The notes under the pieces: generated by a model
What the model saw: only the letters and a program-made list of their open reading frames with translations
The model's database searches: none
What the model was told of the DNA's origin: nothing
Assembly (NCBI GenBank): GCA_016191015.1
Contig: JACPPM010000238.1
Coordinates: 1 to 63,723 of the forward strand
Source: Acidobacteriota bacterium
GTDB taxonomy: Bacteria; Acidobacteriota; CAIWXX01
DNA length: 63,723 nt
Reading direction: 5' to 3'
Position numbers and translations under genes: made by a program
Shown here: positions 38,008-48,538 of the stretch, piece after piece
Layout of the letters: each line of letters opens with the position of its first letter
How positions within the stretch are numbered: the stretch's first letter is position 1

Positions 38008-38568
38008 ATGAGAAACTTGATGGAAATGGCAGGAAGGGGACGAATGGGTCGTTGTGCCGGCATGATCCTTGCGGGGATGCTGGGCGCGGCGTATGTCGCG
38101 GCGGAGGAGAAGCCGGTGGTGCAAGAGGAGGCGACTCTTGTGAAAGCCATCCCGGTTCGGGAGGCGGTGTTCCTCCAGAATCGCGAATCGGGCGCTAATC
38201 CTTTGCGGGAACAGAGCAGCGGGCTTGTCCCGGTGGTGGCGGTCGACAGCGCGCTCACCGAGATGCGAATCGGGGTGGACTCGCTCGAGGCACGCGGTGC
38301 GCTTGGGTTTGTCGTGCAGGCAGGCCAGACTCTTCATGTAAGCGTCGAACACGGTCAATCCTCCTGGTTCCAAGTTGTGACCCTGAACCGATACGGCACG
38401 CTGCAAGCTGGGATGTACCAGAACATCCAGCAACTGGGTCGCGCGCCGGAGGCGAGCTTCGCGAACACCACGCAGAAAGCGCAGGCTGTCTACGTGCTGG
38501 TGAGGTATCCGGACTTCGTCTACCAGAGCGGAGGAGAGTACCTTCTGAAAATCAGCCGGTCCAATTGA
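38008..38568 (+). CDS. Hypothetical exported protein (PPC-like beta domain)
   Basis: Signal peptide; C-terminal 'YVLVR...GEYLLKI' PPC-like pattern. Confidence 0.55.
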   Translation: MRNLMEMAGRGRMGRCAGMILAGMLGAAYVAAEEKPVVQEEATLVKAIPVREAVFLQNRESGANPLREQSSGLVPVVAVDSALTEMRIGVDSLEARGALGFVVQAGQTLHVSVEHGQSSWFQVVTLNRYGTLQAGMYQNIQQLGRAPEASFANTTQKAQAVYVLVRYPDFVYQSGGEYLLKISRSN

Positions 38569-38817
38569 ACCGCGGGATCCAGAAGTATCGGACCACGGAT
38601 CGGGCGTAGAAGGGTTCGGAGGAAGCCCCGGACGGGCACGAAGCCGGCCGGGGCACCTCCATAATGCGAGGCGGGGGCATGCGGACGTGCTCCGGGATCG
38701 GCTCATCGTCTCTTTCAAGGCACCGTCCAACCACAGTTGACAGCAGATTGAGAATCGAGCCCCAAAGGATGACCGACAGACGGGTAATAGTAGAGAGTGA
38801 CAGCAGGAGGAGAGTGG

Positions 38818-39063
38818 ATGTTGTTGAGGAGATTGGAGACCAAGGTCAAGCTCGCGGCTCCGGGTGAAGGTGGATTTGGCTTCGTCACGTGCGCGCATTG
38901 CGGTGCGCGGATCACCGAAGGCCAGACGGTGCGACTGTGGTTTGTGGAGGCCGTGAACGGAGGGTGGAAACTGAGACCTGTGTGCGATTGGTGTGATCAG
39001 ACGGTCGTACCGACCGGGGACGACGGGCCGAGGCCGCGTGCGGCGACTCCCAGGTTCTCCTGA
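38818..39063 (+). CDS. Small hypothetical protein with CxxC...CxxC (possible Zn ribbon)
   Basis: CAHC and CDWC motifs; GGAG RBS. Confidence 0.45.
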   Translation: MLLRRLETKVKLAAPGEGGFGFVTCAHCGARITEGQTVRLWFVEAVNGGWKLRPVCDWCDQTVVPTGDDGPRPRAATPRFS

Positions 39064-39365
39064 CGCGGCGGAGACGCAACCTCTTTGGTTGCGTTTCCGC
39101 CGCTCGTGAGAGCGTCCGGCGCGCTGCGCGCGCCTGGAGCGTGGGAGCGATTCGTGCCTCCCTGGGCATCTGAGGCGATCGGTCCGTTCCTGCGTTCCTC
39201 CCCCCCGCTTTCCTGAAAGAACTCCGGTGGATCTCGCTCGGGGCCCGGGAACGCCGATGCCGCGACAGCGACGATTCGAACAGACCGGACTTCCCCCAAT
39301 CCCGCACCCGAGGTGATGTTCCTCGACTTTGGACTTCGGACTCCCTCCTGCTATATTGCCGTGGG

Positions 39366-41363
39366 ATGAGGCGCGTGCAGGTGGCAGGAAAGTCGGAGCT
39401 GGAGCTCCCACCGCTCTCGACGAAAGCGATGGCGCCTCCCAGCGGGAGAGTCGCTCGATGGCTCTTCGCCGGCGGGAGGATTGACGAAGCGGCACACCAG
39501 GCGGAGGGCCACGAATGGTATCAGGTGCTTTGGCTGACGGGCGTGGACTACTTCTCGACGCTCGGCTACCAACCCGGAATCGCGCTTCTCGCCGCCGGGG
39601 TGCTGTCGCCGGTTGCCACGGTGATCCTCGTGGCCGTGACTCTGTTCGGGGCACTCCCGGTCTACGCGCAGGTCGCCCGCCGGTCCTATGCCGGACAGGG
39701 GTCGATCGCGATGCTGGAGAACCTGCTGCCGGGTTGGAGCGGCAAGATTCTGGTGCTCATTCTGCTGGGCTTCGCCAGCACGGATTTCGTGATCACGATG
39801 ACGCTCTCGGCTGCCGACGCCGCCCAGCACGCAATCGAGAACCCGCTGCTCCATCCGCTGCTCGGCGACACGCGACTCCTTCTGACGATGAGCTCACTGG
39901 CCGTTCTGGCGCTCGTCTTCATCATCGGCTTCTCCGAGGCCATTGGGTTGGCAGCGCTCATCGCGATCCCTTACATCCTTCTGAACATCGTGGTGCTCGC
40001 GCGGGCGGCGATGGAGGTCCTCAGGCACCCCGAATTGCTGAACGGATGGCAGATCGACCTGGCGGCTCACGGTGACTGGACGATGCTCATGATTGCGGCC
40101 GGCCTGATCTTCCCGAAATTGGCGCTGGGGATGAGCGGCTTCGAGACGGGCGTGTCGGTGATGCCGCAGGTGGCCGGCGGCAAGGGAGCCGCTCCTGGGG
40201 AAGCCCCCCTGGGTCGGATCCGGGCGACGCAGAAGCTATTGGCCAGCGCGGCGCTGATCATGAGTGCCCTGCTGGTAGCATCCAGCTTCCTCACCACGGT
40301 GCTGATCCCCGAGCATGACTACGCGATCGGTGGACCCGCGAGCGGTCGGGCCCTGGCCTACCTCGCCCACAAGCTCCTCGGCACGTTTTTTGGCACGATC
40401 TACGACATCTCCACGATCGCGATCCTCTGGTTTGCGGGGGCCTCAGCTATGGCCGGAATGCTCAACCTGATCCCCCGCTACCTCCCGCGCTACGGGATGG
40501 CCCCCCGGTGGGTCGCCTACGCGCGGCCTCTCGTCGTCGTGTTGTTTCTCGCGGATGTGGTTGTGACATGGGCGTTCGACGCGAGCGTTGAGGCGCAGGG
40601 TGGCGCCTATGCCACCGGCGTCCTGGTCCTGATGCTCTCGGCGGCCATTGCCGTGTCCCTCGCTCTCTGGCACGAATCCTCCGTCGCTGCATCGCCACGC
40701 GCGATCGGCACGAAGCTGCTCAGCGCCTCCTTCTGGCTCATCAGTCTGGTCTTCGCCTACACGCTCGTGGACAACGTCATCGAGAGGACGGACGGAGTCA
40801 TCATCGCGAGTGTCTTCATTGTCGTGATTCTTGTCCTGAGCGCGGCCAGCCGGTATCTGCGATCCACTGAGCTGCGTGTCGAGCACATGACATTCGTGGA
40901 CGCGGAATCCAAGGAGCTCTGGCCGCTGGTCCGAGGGAAGAAAGTCCATCTCGTTCCGTTGAAAACGGCGGCGGCGGACGATCGCGAGCGCAAGCGACGG
41001 GAGATTCAGAAACACTACAACGTCCGCGGACCGTTCGCTTTCGTCCACGTGCATCTCCTCGACAACCGCAGCGACTTCCTCTCTCCCCTCCACCTCAAGA
41101 TCCGCCGCCACGACGACGATTTCATCCTCGACATCTACGGCGCCAACGCAGTGGCCAACAGCCTGGCCTACCTCAGCGAACAGATTGACCCCAAGAGTCT
41201 CTTCCTGGGCCTCACTCGACAGAACCTGATGACCCAATCGTTGAAATACCTGCTGTGGGGTGAGGGTGAGGTCGGGATCTCCGTTTACACGATCCTCATC
41301 CGGTACTGGGACTGGACGCCGGAGGACGATGTGCGGCCGCGGATCTTTCTGATGAGCGAGTAG
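39366..41363 (+). CDS. APC-family amino acid/cation transporter
   Basis: LTGVDYFSTLGYQPGIA, GFETGV, QGGAYATGVL, ~12 TMs plus cytoplasmic tail. Confidence 0.88.
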   Translation: MRRVQVAGKSELELPPLSTKAMAPPSGRVARWLFAGGRIDEAAHQAEGHEWYQVLWLTGVDYFSTLGYQPGIALLAAGVLSPVATVILVAVTLFGALPVYAQVARRSYAGQGSIAMLENLLPGWSGKILVLILLGFASTDFVITMTLSAADAAQHAIENPLLHPLLGDTRLLLTMSSLAVLALVFIIGFSEAIGLAALIAIPYILLNIVVLARAAMEVLRHPELLNGWQIDLAAHGDWTMLMIAAGLIFPKLALGMSGFETGVSVMPQVAGGKGAAPGEAPLGRIRATQKLLASAALIMSALLVASSFLTTVLIPEHDYAIGGPASGRALAYLAHKLLGTFFGTIYDISTIAILWFAGASAMAGMLNLIPRYLPRYGMAPRWVAYARPLVVVLFLADVVVTWAFDASVEAQGGAYATGVLVLMLSAAIAVSLALWHESSVAASPRAIGTKLLSASFWLISLVFAYTLVDNVIERTDGVIIASVFIVVILVLSAASRYLRSTELRVEHMTFVDAESKELWPLVRGKKVHLVPLKTAAADDRERKRREIQKHYNVRGPFAFVHVHLLDNRSDFLSPLHLKIRRHDDDFILDIYGANAVANSLAYLSEQIDPKSLFLGLTRQNLMTQSLKYLLWGEGEVGISVYTILIRYWDWTPEDDVRPRIFLMSE

Positions 41364-41425
41364 GGCGCTGTCGTTTGACATTGGATCGACCGTCCGTTAC
41401 TTTCAACAGCGAGCAATCAATAAGG

Positions 41426-42022
41426 ATGAATACGACAATGGAGCAAGAGATCAAGATCAAGGGCGAGATCGCAGGCGACCCGGACGTCTGCAAGTTTACC
41501 GTCGACCGTCCGGTTTACGCAGGCGGGTCAGCGTACTTCGGGAGCCGGGAGATGACGCAGCAGTCACCCCTGGCGAAGAGGCTTTTCGAGATACCCCAGA
41601 TCCAGAGCGTGCTCATAGCCGGCGATCACGTCATCGTCACGAAATCCGGATATGAGCCGTGGCAGACCTTTGGAAAACTGATCGGGACGACGATCCGCGA
41701 GCATTTGGCAACGGGCGAGGAGGCGGTCAGCGAGGAGTTCAGACGGGGATTGCCGTCCGAAGAGGACCTGCGAAAAAAGGTTCGCCAGGTGCTTGACGAC
41801 GAAATCAACCCTGCCGTGGCGATGCACGGGGGGTACGTGGACCTCGTCGACGTGAAGAACAACTCGATCTACATCCAGTTTCAGGGCGGCTGTCACGGCT
41901 GCGCATCTGCCAGCATGACGCTCAAGATGGGGATCGAAAAGGCCATCCGGCAGCACCTCCCGGAGATCGGCGAGATCCTGGACGCGACCGATCACGCGAG
42001 CGGCGCGAACCCGTACTACTGA
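41426..42022 (+). CDS. NifU/Nfu-family Fe-S carrier protein
   Basis: Nfu N-domain (SPLAKRLF) plus INPAVAMHGG...GGCHGC. Confidence 0.92.
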   Translation: MNTTMEQEIKIKGEIAGDPDVCKFTVDRPVYAGGSAYFGSREMTQQSPLAKRLFEIPQIQSVLIAGDHVIVTKSGYEPWQTFGKLIGTTIREHLATGEEAVSEEFRRGLPSEEDLRKKVRQVLDDEINPAVAMHGGYVDLVDVKNNSIYIQFQGGCHGCASASMTLKMGIEKAIRQHLPEIGEILDATDHASGANPYY

Positions 42023-42085
42023 GGGCCACGCAGCAACGCTGACGTGTTCCTCGCGTCGGTGTGCAGGGGAGAGCGTCGAGCGAGC

Positions 42086-42279
42086 GGCCGCGTTGCGGCA
42101 GCCCGAAAACCGGAAGGGAAACCGCAGATTGCACCGATTACGCAGATTCCCCCGGGCGACGATCTCGCAACCGTCAATACTCCGAGGTTGAATCTGTGAA
42201 ATCTGTGGTTTCCCGGCTTTCGGCCTCGTTTGACCTGACAACATGTTGGTAAGAATGGGCCGCTGAGCGGCCTAGCCCC
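42086..42279 (-). repeat. Family B element copy
   Basis: Reverse complement of 7414-7616, lacking one 9-nt unit. Confidence 0.85.
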
Positions 42280-42299
42280 CTCGGAAAGGAGCTGCGATC

Positions 42300-44771
42300 A
42301 TGATTCAGGAACTCCCAGCCGACCGACTGCGCCGAACGGTGGACCCGGGCTCCCTCGGCATCAGCACTACGCAGGATCTGAAACCCCTGGAAGGCATCAT
42401 CGGCCAGCGGCGCGCGCTCTCGGCGCTGCGCTTCGGGCTGGGCATTCAGGAGATCGGGTTCAATATCTACGTCGCGGGCCCGGCCGGCATCGGCAAGATG
42501 ACGGCAGTCAGGTCGTTTTTGGAGGAGGAGGCCCGACGGAAGGAGACGCCCGCCGACTGCTGCTATCTCTACAATTTCGAGGATCCGTACCAGCCCCGTG
42601 CCTGCCGCCTCCGCCCCGGCGAAGGTCGTCAATTGCAGCAGGACATGAAGAGCCTGATCGACCATGTCAAGGCCGAGGTGCCGAAGGCTTTCGAGAGTGA
42701 GGAGTACGCCGCCAAGCAGGATGAGATTGTGAAGGGCGTCGAGAAGGAGCGTACACAGATCCTGGAGCAGCTGGCGGAGAAGGCGACGAAAGGAGGGCTT
42801 GCGATCCAGACGACGCCATTCGGTGTCGTGGTGGTGCCGGTGCTCGGAGGGCGCCCGTTGACTGACAATGAGCTGCGAGGGCTTCCTGAGCAGGCGCGTA
42901 CAGACCTCGAGAAGCGACGCGATGCGCTGCAGGACGAGTTGAAAGCTGCGCTGAAGCAGGTGCGGGAGTTGGAGCGAGGGGCGCGCGAAAAGCTGAACGC
43001 GCTCGACAAGCAGATCACGCTCTTCATCATCGAGGGGCTCATCGACGACTTGCTTGAAAAGTACGCGGAGACGTCACAGGTCGTCGAATACCTGCGATCC
43101 GTACAGGAGAACCTGCTCGAAAATATCCAGGCGCTCAAGACCGGCACCGCTTCGACGCCGTCACCACAGGTGCCGGCTCAGGCACCACCCCAGCCACCCG
43201 ACGCGACGCTCAAGCGCTATGAGGTCAACGTGTTCGTCGACAACGCCAGGCGTGAGGGAGCGCCGGTCGTGGTCGAATTGAATCCGACCTATAACAACCT
43301 TTTCGGCCGCGTCGAAAAAGAGACCATGATGGGGATGCTCTATACCGATTTCACGATGATCAAGCCCGGGTCACTCCATATGGCCAACGGCGGGTATCTC
43401 GTCCTGCGCATGGAGGATATCCTGAAGAACTACTTCTGCTGGGACGACCTGAAGCGCGCGTTGCGCAGTCGCGAAGTCCGGATTGAGGAACCCGCGGAGC
43501 GGCTCGGGTTCCTCGTCACCAAGACCCTTCGTCCCCAACCTGTGGCCCTCGATGTCAAGGTCATCATCGTTGGACGCTCGCTGTTCTACTACCTGCTCCA
43601 CGCCTACGACGAGGAGTTCCCGGAGCTGTTCAAGGTCAAGGCTGACTTCGATACACGGACTGACTGGAGTGACGGGAACATCCGGGATTTCCTCTCCTTC
43701 TTGCGCACACTCTGCGGCAAAGAGAACCTGAAGGACCTGGATGCGGGCGCAGCCGCGAAGCTTCTCGAGCAGGCTGCGCGGATCGCCGAGGATCAGGAAA
43801 AACTTTCAATGCACTTCGGGGCCGTCGCCGATCTGGTGCGAGAGGCACATTTCTGGGCCAAGCACGACGAATCGCCGCACATAACCACGACACACGTGCA
43901 GAAGGCGATCGACGAAAAGATCTACCGCTCGAATCTCATCCAGGAGCGTATCCAGGAGATGATCGCGCGGGGAACGATCCTGGTAGACACACGGGGCACG
44001 GCGTCGGGGCAGGTCAACGGCCTCTCGGTCTACAACCTTGGGGACTACGAGTTCGGGAGACCGAGCCGAATCACGGCCAGCGCGGTGCCGGGGCGCGAGG
44101 GGGTTGTGGACATCGAGCGCGAGGTGCAGATGGGAGGGCCGATCCACACCAAGGGGGTGCTCATCCTGAGCGGCTACCTCGCCCAACACTACGCCCGCGA
44201 CAAGGTGCTCACCCTCGCCGCCCGCTTGGTGTTCGAACAGAGCTACGAAGGGGTGGAAGGCGACAGTGCATCGTCGACCGAGCTGTATGCGCTGTTGTCG
44301 GCCCTGTCCGGGCTCCCGGTTCGACAAGGAATCGCGGTGACGGGATCGGTGAACCAGCGCGGCGAGGTGCAGGCGATCGGCGGGGTGAACCAGAAGATCG
44401 AGGGGTTTTACGACGTCTGTAGAACAAATGGGCTGGCCGGCGACCAGGGGGTGATGATTCCGAAAAGCAACGCTGCGAACCTGATGTTGCGAGAAGACGT
44501 CGTGGACGCCGTGCGCAGCGGCGCGTTCCACATCTGGCCGGTCGCCACTATCGACGAAGGCATCGAGGTCTTGACGGGCGTCCCCGCGGGCGTGCGAGGA
44601 GAGGACGGGAAGTTCCCCGTCGGGACGGTCGGAGCTCTGGTCGAGAAACGCCTCCTGGAGTTCACCGAATCGGTGCGGAGCCTTGGGACAGGCGCGGACA
44701 AGGGAGCGAAGAAGTCACAGGGGATGGGGGTGAAGCGACCTGAGGCAGGGCGGCGAAACAGGGCGGAGTGA
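42300..44771 (+). CDS. LonC/LonB-type protease (AAA_32 plus Lon protease domain)
   Basis: IIGQRRAL, GPAGIGK, IKPGSLHMANGGYL, FEQSY.GVEGDSAS, GGVNQKIEGF. Confidence 0.92.
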   Translation: MIQELPADRLRRTVDPGSLGISTTQDLKPLEGIIGQRRALSALRFGLGIQEIGFNIYVAGPAGIGKMTAVRSFLEEEARRKETPADCCYLYNFEDPYQPRACRLRPGEGRQLQQDMKSLIDHVKAEVPKAFESEEYAAKQDEIVKGVEKERTQILEQLAEKATKGGLAIQTTPFGVVVVPVLGGRPLTDNELRGLPEQARTDLEKRRDALQDELKAALKQVRELERGAREKLNALDKQITLFIIEGLIDDLLEKYAETSQVVEYLRSVQENLLENIQALKTGTASTPSPQVPAQAPPQPPDATLKRYEVNVFVDNARREGAPVVVELNPTYNNLFGRVEKETMMGMLYTDFTMIKPGSLHMANGGYLVLRMEDILKNYFCWDDLKRALRSREVRIEEPAERLGFLVTKTLRPQPVALDVKVIIVGRSLFYYLLHAYDEEFPELFKVKADFDTRTDWSDGNIRDFLSFLRTLCGKENLKDLDAGAAAKLLEQAARIAEDQEKLSMHFGAVADLVREAHFWAKHDESPHITTTHVQKAIDEKIYRSNLIQERIQEMIARGTILVDTRGTASGQVNGLSVYNLGDYEFGRPSRITASAVPGREGVVDIEREVQMGGPIHTKGVLILSGYLAQHYARDKVLTLAARLVFEQSYEGVEGDSASSTELYALLSALSGLPVRQGIAVTGSVNQRGEVQAIGGVNQKIEGFYDVCRTNGLAGDQGVMIPKSNAANLMLREDVVDAVRSGAFHIWPVATIDEGIEVLTGVPAGVRGEDGKFPVGTVGALVEKRLLEFTESVRSLGTGADKGAKKSQGMGVKRPEAGRRNRAE

Positions 44772-44828
44772 GGAGAGCCCTCCAGGGGGACGGTACAGTA
44801 CCGCTGTTCAACCCATCACCGATCCGGT

Positions 44829-46802
44829 TCACTGACGCCGGGCGGGATCGTTCGCGATTTCCTGGCGGACGAGGTTCTCGGCGCCGCCGAGCGCCACGAG
44901 GCGCTGCATAGCCGGCAAGAGCGGCGGGATCCGCCATGTGCGATCGGCGACTCGGATGGTGGCTTCGGCGAAATCGATGATCGCGTCGAGGCCGGTCACG
45001 ATGGTCTTCTCGGTTATTGCGCGGTCGGCAAAGCGGCGGGCGATCTCATCGGCGAATTCGGGGCAGTCCAGACAGATGTAACCGTTGTTGAACGCGTTGC
45101 GCGAGTACGTCTGGCTAAAGCTGGCTGCAATGATCAGCCGGACGCCGCGGAACTTGAGCGCCGTTGCGGCCTGCTCCCGCGAAGATCCCGTTCCAAAGTT
45201 CCGCCCGCCGACGAGGATGTCTCCCGCCTGCACCTTCTGCTGGAATTCCGGATCGTAGTTCAGCATGGCGACGCGAGCCATCTCGTCCGGCGTCAACTTG
45301 TCCTTGTACGTGTAGTCCTTGCCGTAAATGCCGTCGGTGTTGAGGTTGTCCTTCGGGACGAAAAGGATTCGCCCACGGATCGCCGTCGGGAACCCGTCGA
45401 CAACGGAAACCGAAGCCTTCCCGCCCGCCGCGACCGGCCGCTTCCTCACCTCGATCGTGCCCCGCGGATGCCGGTTCCCGAACGGGCGAGGGCCGCAGAT
45501 TCGCCCAGCCAGAGCCGAAGCCGCCACCACGGCCGGGCTGGCCAGGTAGACGTCGGCCTTGGAAGATCCCATCCGTCCTTTGAAGTTGCGGTTGGTCGCG
45601 GAGATGCCGACCTCACCATCCTCGAGCAGCCCTTCTCCCAGGCCGATGCACGCGCCGCAGCCGGGAGGCAGTGCAGTGGCTCCCGCCTCGAGCAGCACGG
45701 CCCAGTAACCGCACCGCCGGGCCTCGACCTCGATCTCCGCGCTCGCGGCCGCGATGTACAGCCTCACGCCCGCCGCGATCTTCTTTCCGGCCATGACCGA
45801 CGCGGCTTCAGCGAAATCACCGAGCCGGCCGTTGACACAGCTCAGCAGATAGGCCCTCTGGATCCGGATGTCGCGGCTCTCGATGTCGGCCAGCCGCGTG
45901 ATGGTCTTTACCTCGTTCGGTCCGGCAACATGCGGCGTGAGCGACGAAAGATCGAACGTAATCGCCTTCGAGTAGTGCGCTCCGGGATCCGCGCGCGGGG
46001 GGTCGCTTTCGATGGCGGCGATACTCGCTTCGGTGAGTCGGCTCGTTCCCTGAGCCTCCAAGATGCGCGCCCGCTGCCTCAAATACGCCGCCGTCACAGC
46101 GTCGAACGGGAAGCAGCCCGCGAGCGCCCCCCACTCGGTCGTCATATTGGAAATCGTCATTCTCTGTTCCATGGCGAGACTCGCGACCCCCTCGCCATCG
46201 AACTCGATCGCGCAGTTCAGGACGTCGTCGTTCGCGAAGTGGCCGCAGAGAGCAATGATCAGGTCCTTGCCGGTCACCGCCTGCGGGAGGCGGCCGGAAA
46301 GCTGCACCTTTACGATCTCCGGCACCTGCCACCACGTCTTACCTGTCGCCCAGATAGCCGCCGCATCGGTCCGCACGACGGGGGTGCCGACGGCGCCAAC
46401 CGCCCCATAGAGGTTCGAATGGGAGTCCGATGCGACGACAAAGGAGCCGGGACGGACAAACCCCTGCTCAACCATGATCTGGTGCCCGATCCCGCTTCCA
46501 GCGGGGAAGAACGCAATCCCGTGCTGTCGCGCGAACTCCTCAATCTTGCGGTACTTCTCGAGGTTCTCGTCGCTTCGATTCTGCACATCATGGTCGAGGC
46601 AGATGACGGGTTGATCGGGGTTTCGGATGGACGTGGCTCCGATCGACCTGAATTTGGGAATGACGGCGCCCGTGTTGTCATGCGTCATGACGTGCTCCGG
46701 GCGGATGGCCACGAAGTCGAGTGCGTGGACCTCGAATCCCTCCGGTAGATCGACCGCGTACCTCTGCGTGACCTTCTCGACGAGCGTTTGCGCCACCAGC
46801 AT
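44829..46802 (-). CDS. lysF: Single-chain homoaconitase (Lys4/LysF-like)
   Basis: QTLVEK, HDN, DHDVQN, GIGHQ, ASDSHSN, RTDAAAIWATGKTWWQ, SCVN, CGAC, TNRNFKGRMG, fused swivel domain NFGTGSSREQA. Confidence 0.8.
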   Translation of the reverse strand: MLVAQTLVEKVTQRYAVDLPEGFEVHALDFVAIRPEHVMTHDNTGAVIPKFRSIGATSIRNPDQPVICLDHDVQNRSDENLEKYRKIEEFARQHGIAFFPAGSGIGHQIMVEQGFVRPGSFVVASDSHSNLYGAVGAVGTPVVRTDAAAIWATGKTWWQVPEIVKVQLSGRLPQAVTGKDLIIALCGHFANDDVLNCAIEFDGEGVASLAMEQRMTISNMTTEWGALAGCFPFDAVTAAYLRQRARILEAQGTSRLTEASIAAIESDPPRADPGAHYSKAITFDLSSLTPHVAGPNEVKTITRLADIESRDIRIQRAYLLSCVNGRLGDFAEAASVMAGKKIAAGVRLYIAAASAEIEVEARRCGYWAVLLEAGATALPPGCGACIGLGEGLLEDGEVGISATNRNFKGRMGSSKADVYLASPAVVAASALAGRICGPRPFGNRHPRGTIEVRKRPVAAGGKASVSVVDGFPTAIRGRILFVPKDNLNTDGIYGKDYTYKDKLTPDEMARVAMLNYDPEFQQKVQAGDILVGGRNFGTGSSREQAATALKFRGVRLIIAASFSQTYSRNAFNNGYICLDCPEFADEIARRFADRAITEKTIVTGLDAIIDFAEATIRVADRTWRIPPLLPAMQRLVALGGAENLVRQEIANDPARRQ

Positions 46803-46894
46803 CCTCCCAGTCCAAAGCGAGGTTACATCATACCAGAGGAGGGCCCGCCGATGGCCGGCGGCTCGGTTCTGACGCAGCTCGGTTCGCCGCGTTT

Positions 46895-46924
46895 TTGACA
46901 TCCCCGAACGGAATATGCGATAAT
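46895..46924 (+). promoter_or_regulatory. Putative sigma70 promoter for the oxidoreductase operon
   Basis: TTGACA-18 nt-GATAAT with a TG extension. Confidence 0.45.
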
Positions 46925-47051
46925 ACCCTCTTGTTTAGCCGACGGGGGTCGCAGCAAAGGTGGATGAGGCGCACAGCGCGATAAGCCGGGTGTGCCGTCA
47001 TCCAGGGGATGTAGGGCGCCCGTCCAATCCTGACTCGATGGAGGTTCTTAC

Positions 47052-47342
47052 ATGAGCGACGACGCTCCGTCCAAGAAAGCCAAAGGTACGGTTTTCGTGC
47101 GGAAGGAGATTTGCAAGGGGTGCTCCTATTGCATTGATTTTTGTCCGCCCCATTGCCTGGCCTTTTCCGATGACTACAACGCGAAGGGCTACCACTACCC
47201 GGTGCTCTCGCCCGCCGAGGATTGTACGGGCTGCGATCTGTGCGGCCTGTACTGCCCCGATTTCGCGATTTTCGGAGTCAAGTACGAGGACATCGAAAAA
47301 TTGCGACAGGATGCTGCCACGCCGGTACGTGTATCGGCATAG
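47052..47342 (+). CDS. 2x[4Fe-4S] ferredoxin subunit (delta) of 2-oxoacid:ferredoxin oxidoreductase
   Basis: CKGCSYCIDFCP, CTGCDLCGLYCPDFAI. Confidence 0.92.
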   Translation: MSDDAPSKKAKGTVFVRKEICKGCSYCIDFCPPHCLAFSDDYNAKGYHYPVLSPAEDCTGCDLCGLYCPDFAIFGVKYEDIEKLRQDAATPVRVSA

Positions 47343-47380
47343 CGGCGCCTGTAATCATAATTCATCCTACGGAGGAAGCT

Positions 47381-48538
47381 TTGAAAGCGGATCCGAGTGG
47401 CGTATTGGTGGGCACGCATTTCATCGACGGCGATCACGCCGCCTGTGAAGGTGCTCTGGCGGCCGGCTGCCGATTTGTAGCCGGCTATCCGATCACGCCG
47501 TCGACGGAGGTGGTCGAGCGGTTTGCGGCTCGCATTCCCCTGGTCGGCGGTGTGTTCATTCAGCTGGAAGACGAAATCGCGTCGTCGATTGCGATCCAGG
47601 GGGCGGTCTGGGGCGGCAAGAAGGTCATGACAGTCACCTCCGGCCCGGGACTCTCGCTCATGATGGAACATATCGGGCTGGCGGCGATCACCGAATGTCC
47701 GTGCGTCTTCGTCGACGTGCAGCGGGGCGGGCCCTCGACGGGTCTGCCGACTCTGCCGGCGCAGGCCGACATGATGCAGGTGAAGTGGGGCTCGCATGGC
47801 GACTACGAGCCCATCGCGTTGTCGCCGAATTCTCCGCAGGAGTGCTTCGACCTGATGATCAAAGCATTCAACCTCGCCGAGATGTACCGAGTGCCGGTCT
47901 TCTTCATGATGGATGAGGTCGTCGGGCACATGACCGAAAGGGTCGTGATTCCGCCGGCGGACCAGATTGAGGTGGTCGAGAGACGGTGGACGGCGAAGAA
48001 GCCTGCGGAGTACCGGCCTTACGAGACGAACGGCAACATGGTGCCGGACATGGTGAAGGCCGGAGACGGGTATCGCATCCACATCACCGGACTGACGCAC
48101 GACGAACGTGGCTACCCGTCGATGACGCCGGCGACGCAGGATAAGCTCGTCCGCCGGCTTCTCAACAAGATCCGCCTGAACGCCGACAAGCTGCTCGACG
48201 TCCGCGAGGAGCACACCGAAGATGCTGATGTGACGGTGATATCGTTCGGCATCACGTCGCGCGTTGCGACCGCTGCCGTCGACGATGCGCGCGCGCAAGG
48301 TCTGAAAGTTGGCCACGCGCGGCTTGTGATCACGTGGCCGTTTCCGGCCGCGCGAATAGCGGCCCTCGCCGAGCGCACGAAGGTGTTCCTGGTCCCGGAG
48401 CTCAATATGGGACAGATGGTGCAGGAGGTCGAGCGCGCTGTGGCTGGCAGAGCAAAGGTCGTGTCGATCCCACACGCGGGTGGGACGGTGCACGAGCCCG
48501 AAACGATACTGGCGAAGATCATGGAGGCGGCGAGATGA
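47381..48538 (+). CDS. 2-oxoacid:acceptor oxidoreductase alpha subunit
   Basis: GYPITPSTE, EDEIAS, TSGPGLSLM, QRGGPSTGLPT; TTG start after GGAGG. Confidence 0.93.
   Translation: MKADPSGVLVGTHFIDGDHAACEGALAAGCRFVAGYPITPSTEVVERFAARIPLVGGVFIQLEDEIASSIAIQGAVWGGKKVMTVTSGPGLSLMMEHIGLAAITECPCVFVDVQRGGPSTGLPTLPAQADMMQVKWGSHGDYEPIALSPNSPQECFDLMIKAFNLAEMYRVPVFFMMDEVVGHMTERVVIPPADQIEVVERRWTAKKPAEYRPYETNGNMVPDMVKAGDGYRIHITGLTHDERGYPSMTPATQDKLVRRLLNKIRLNADKLLDVREEHTEDADVTVISFGITSRVATAAVDDARAQGLKVGHARLVITWPFPAARIAALAERTKVFLVPELNMGQMVQEVERAVAGRAKVVSIPHAGGTVHEPETILAKIMEAAR

Noticed and set aside
37984-39654. 556-aa minus-strand ORF and many similar long antisense ORFs
   Set aside because: Arg/Pro-rich shadow frames in GC-rich DNA that overlap better-supported genes and repeats
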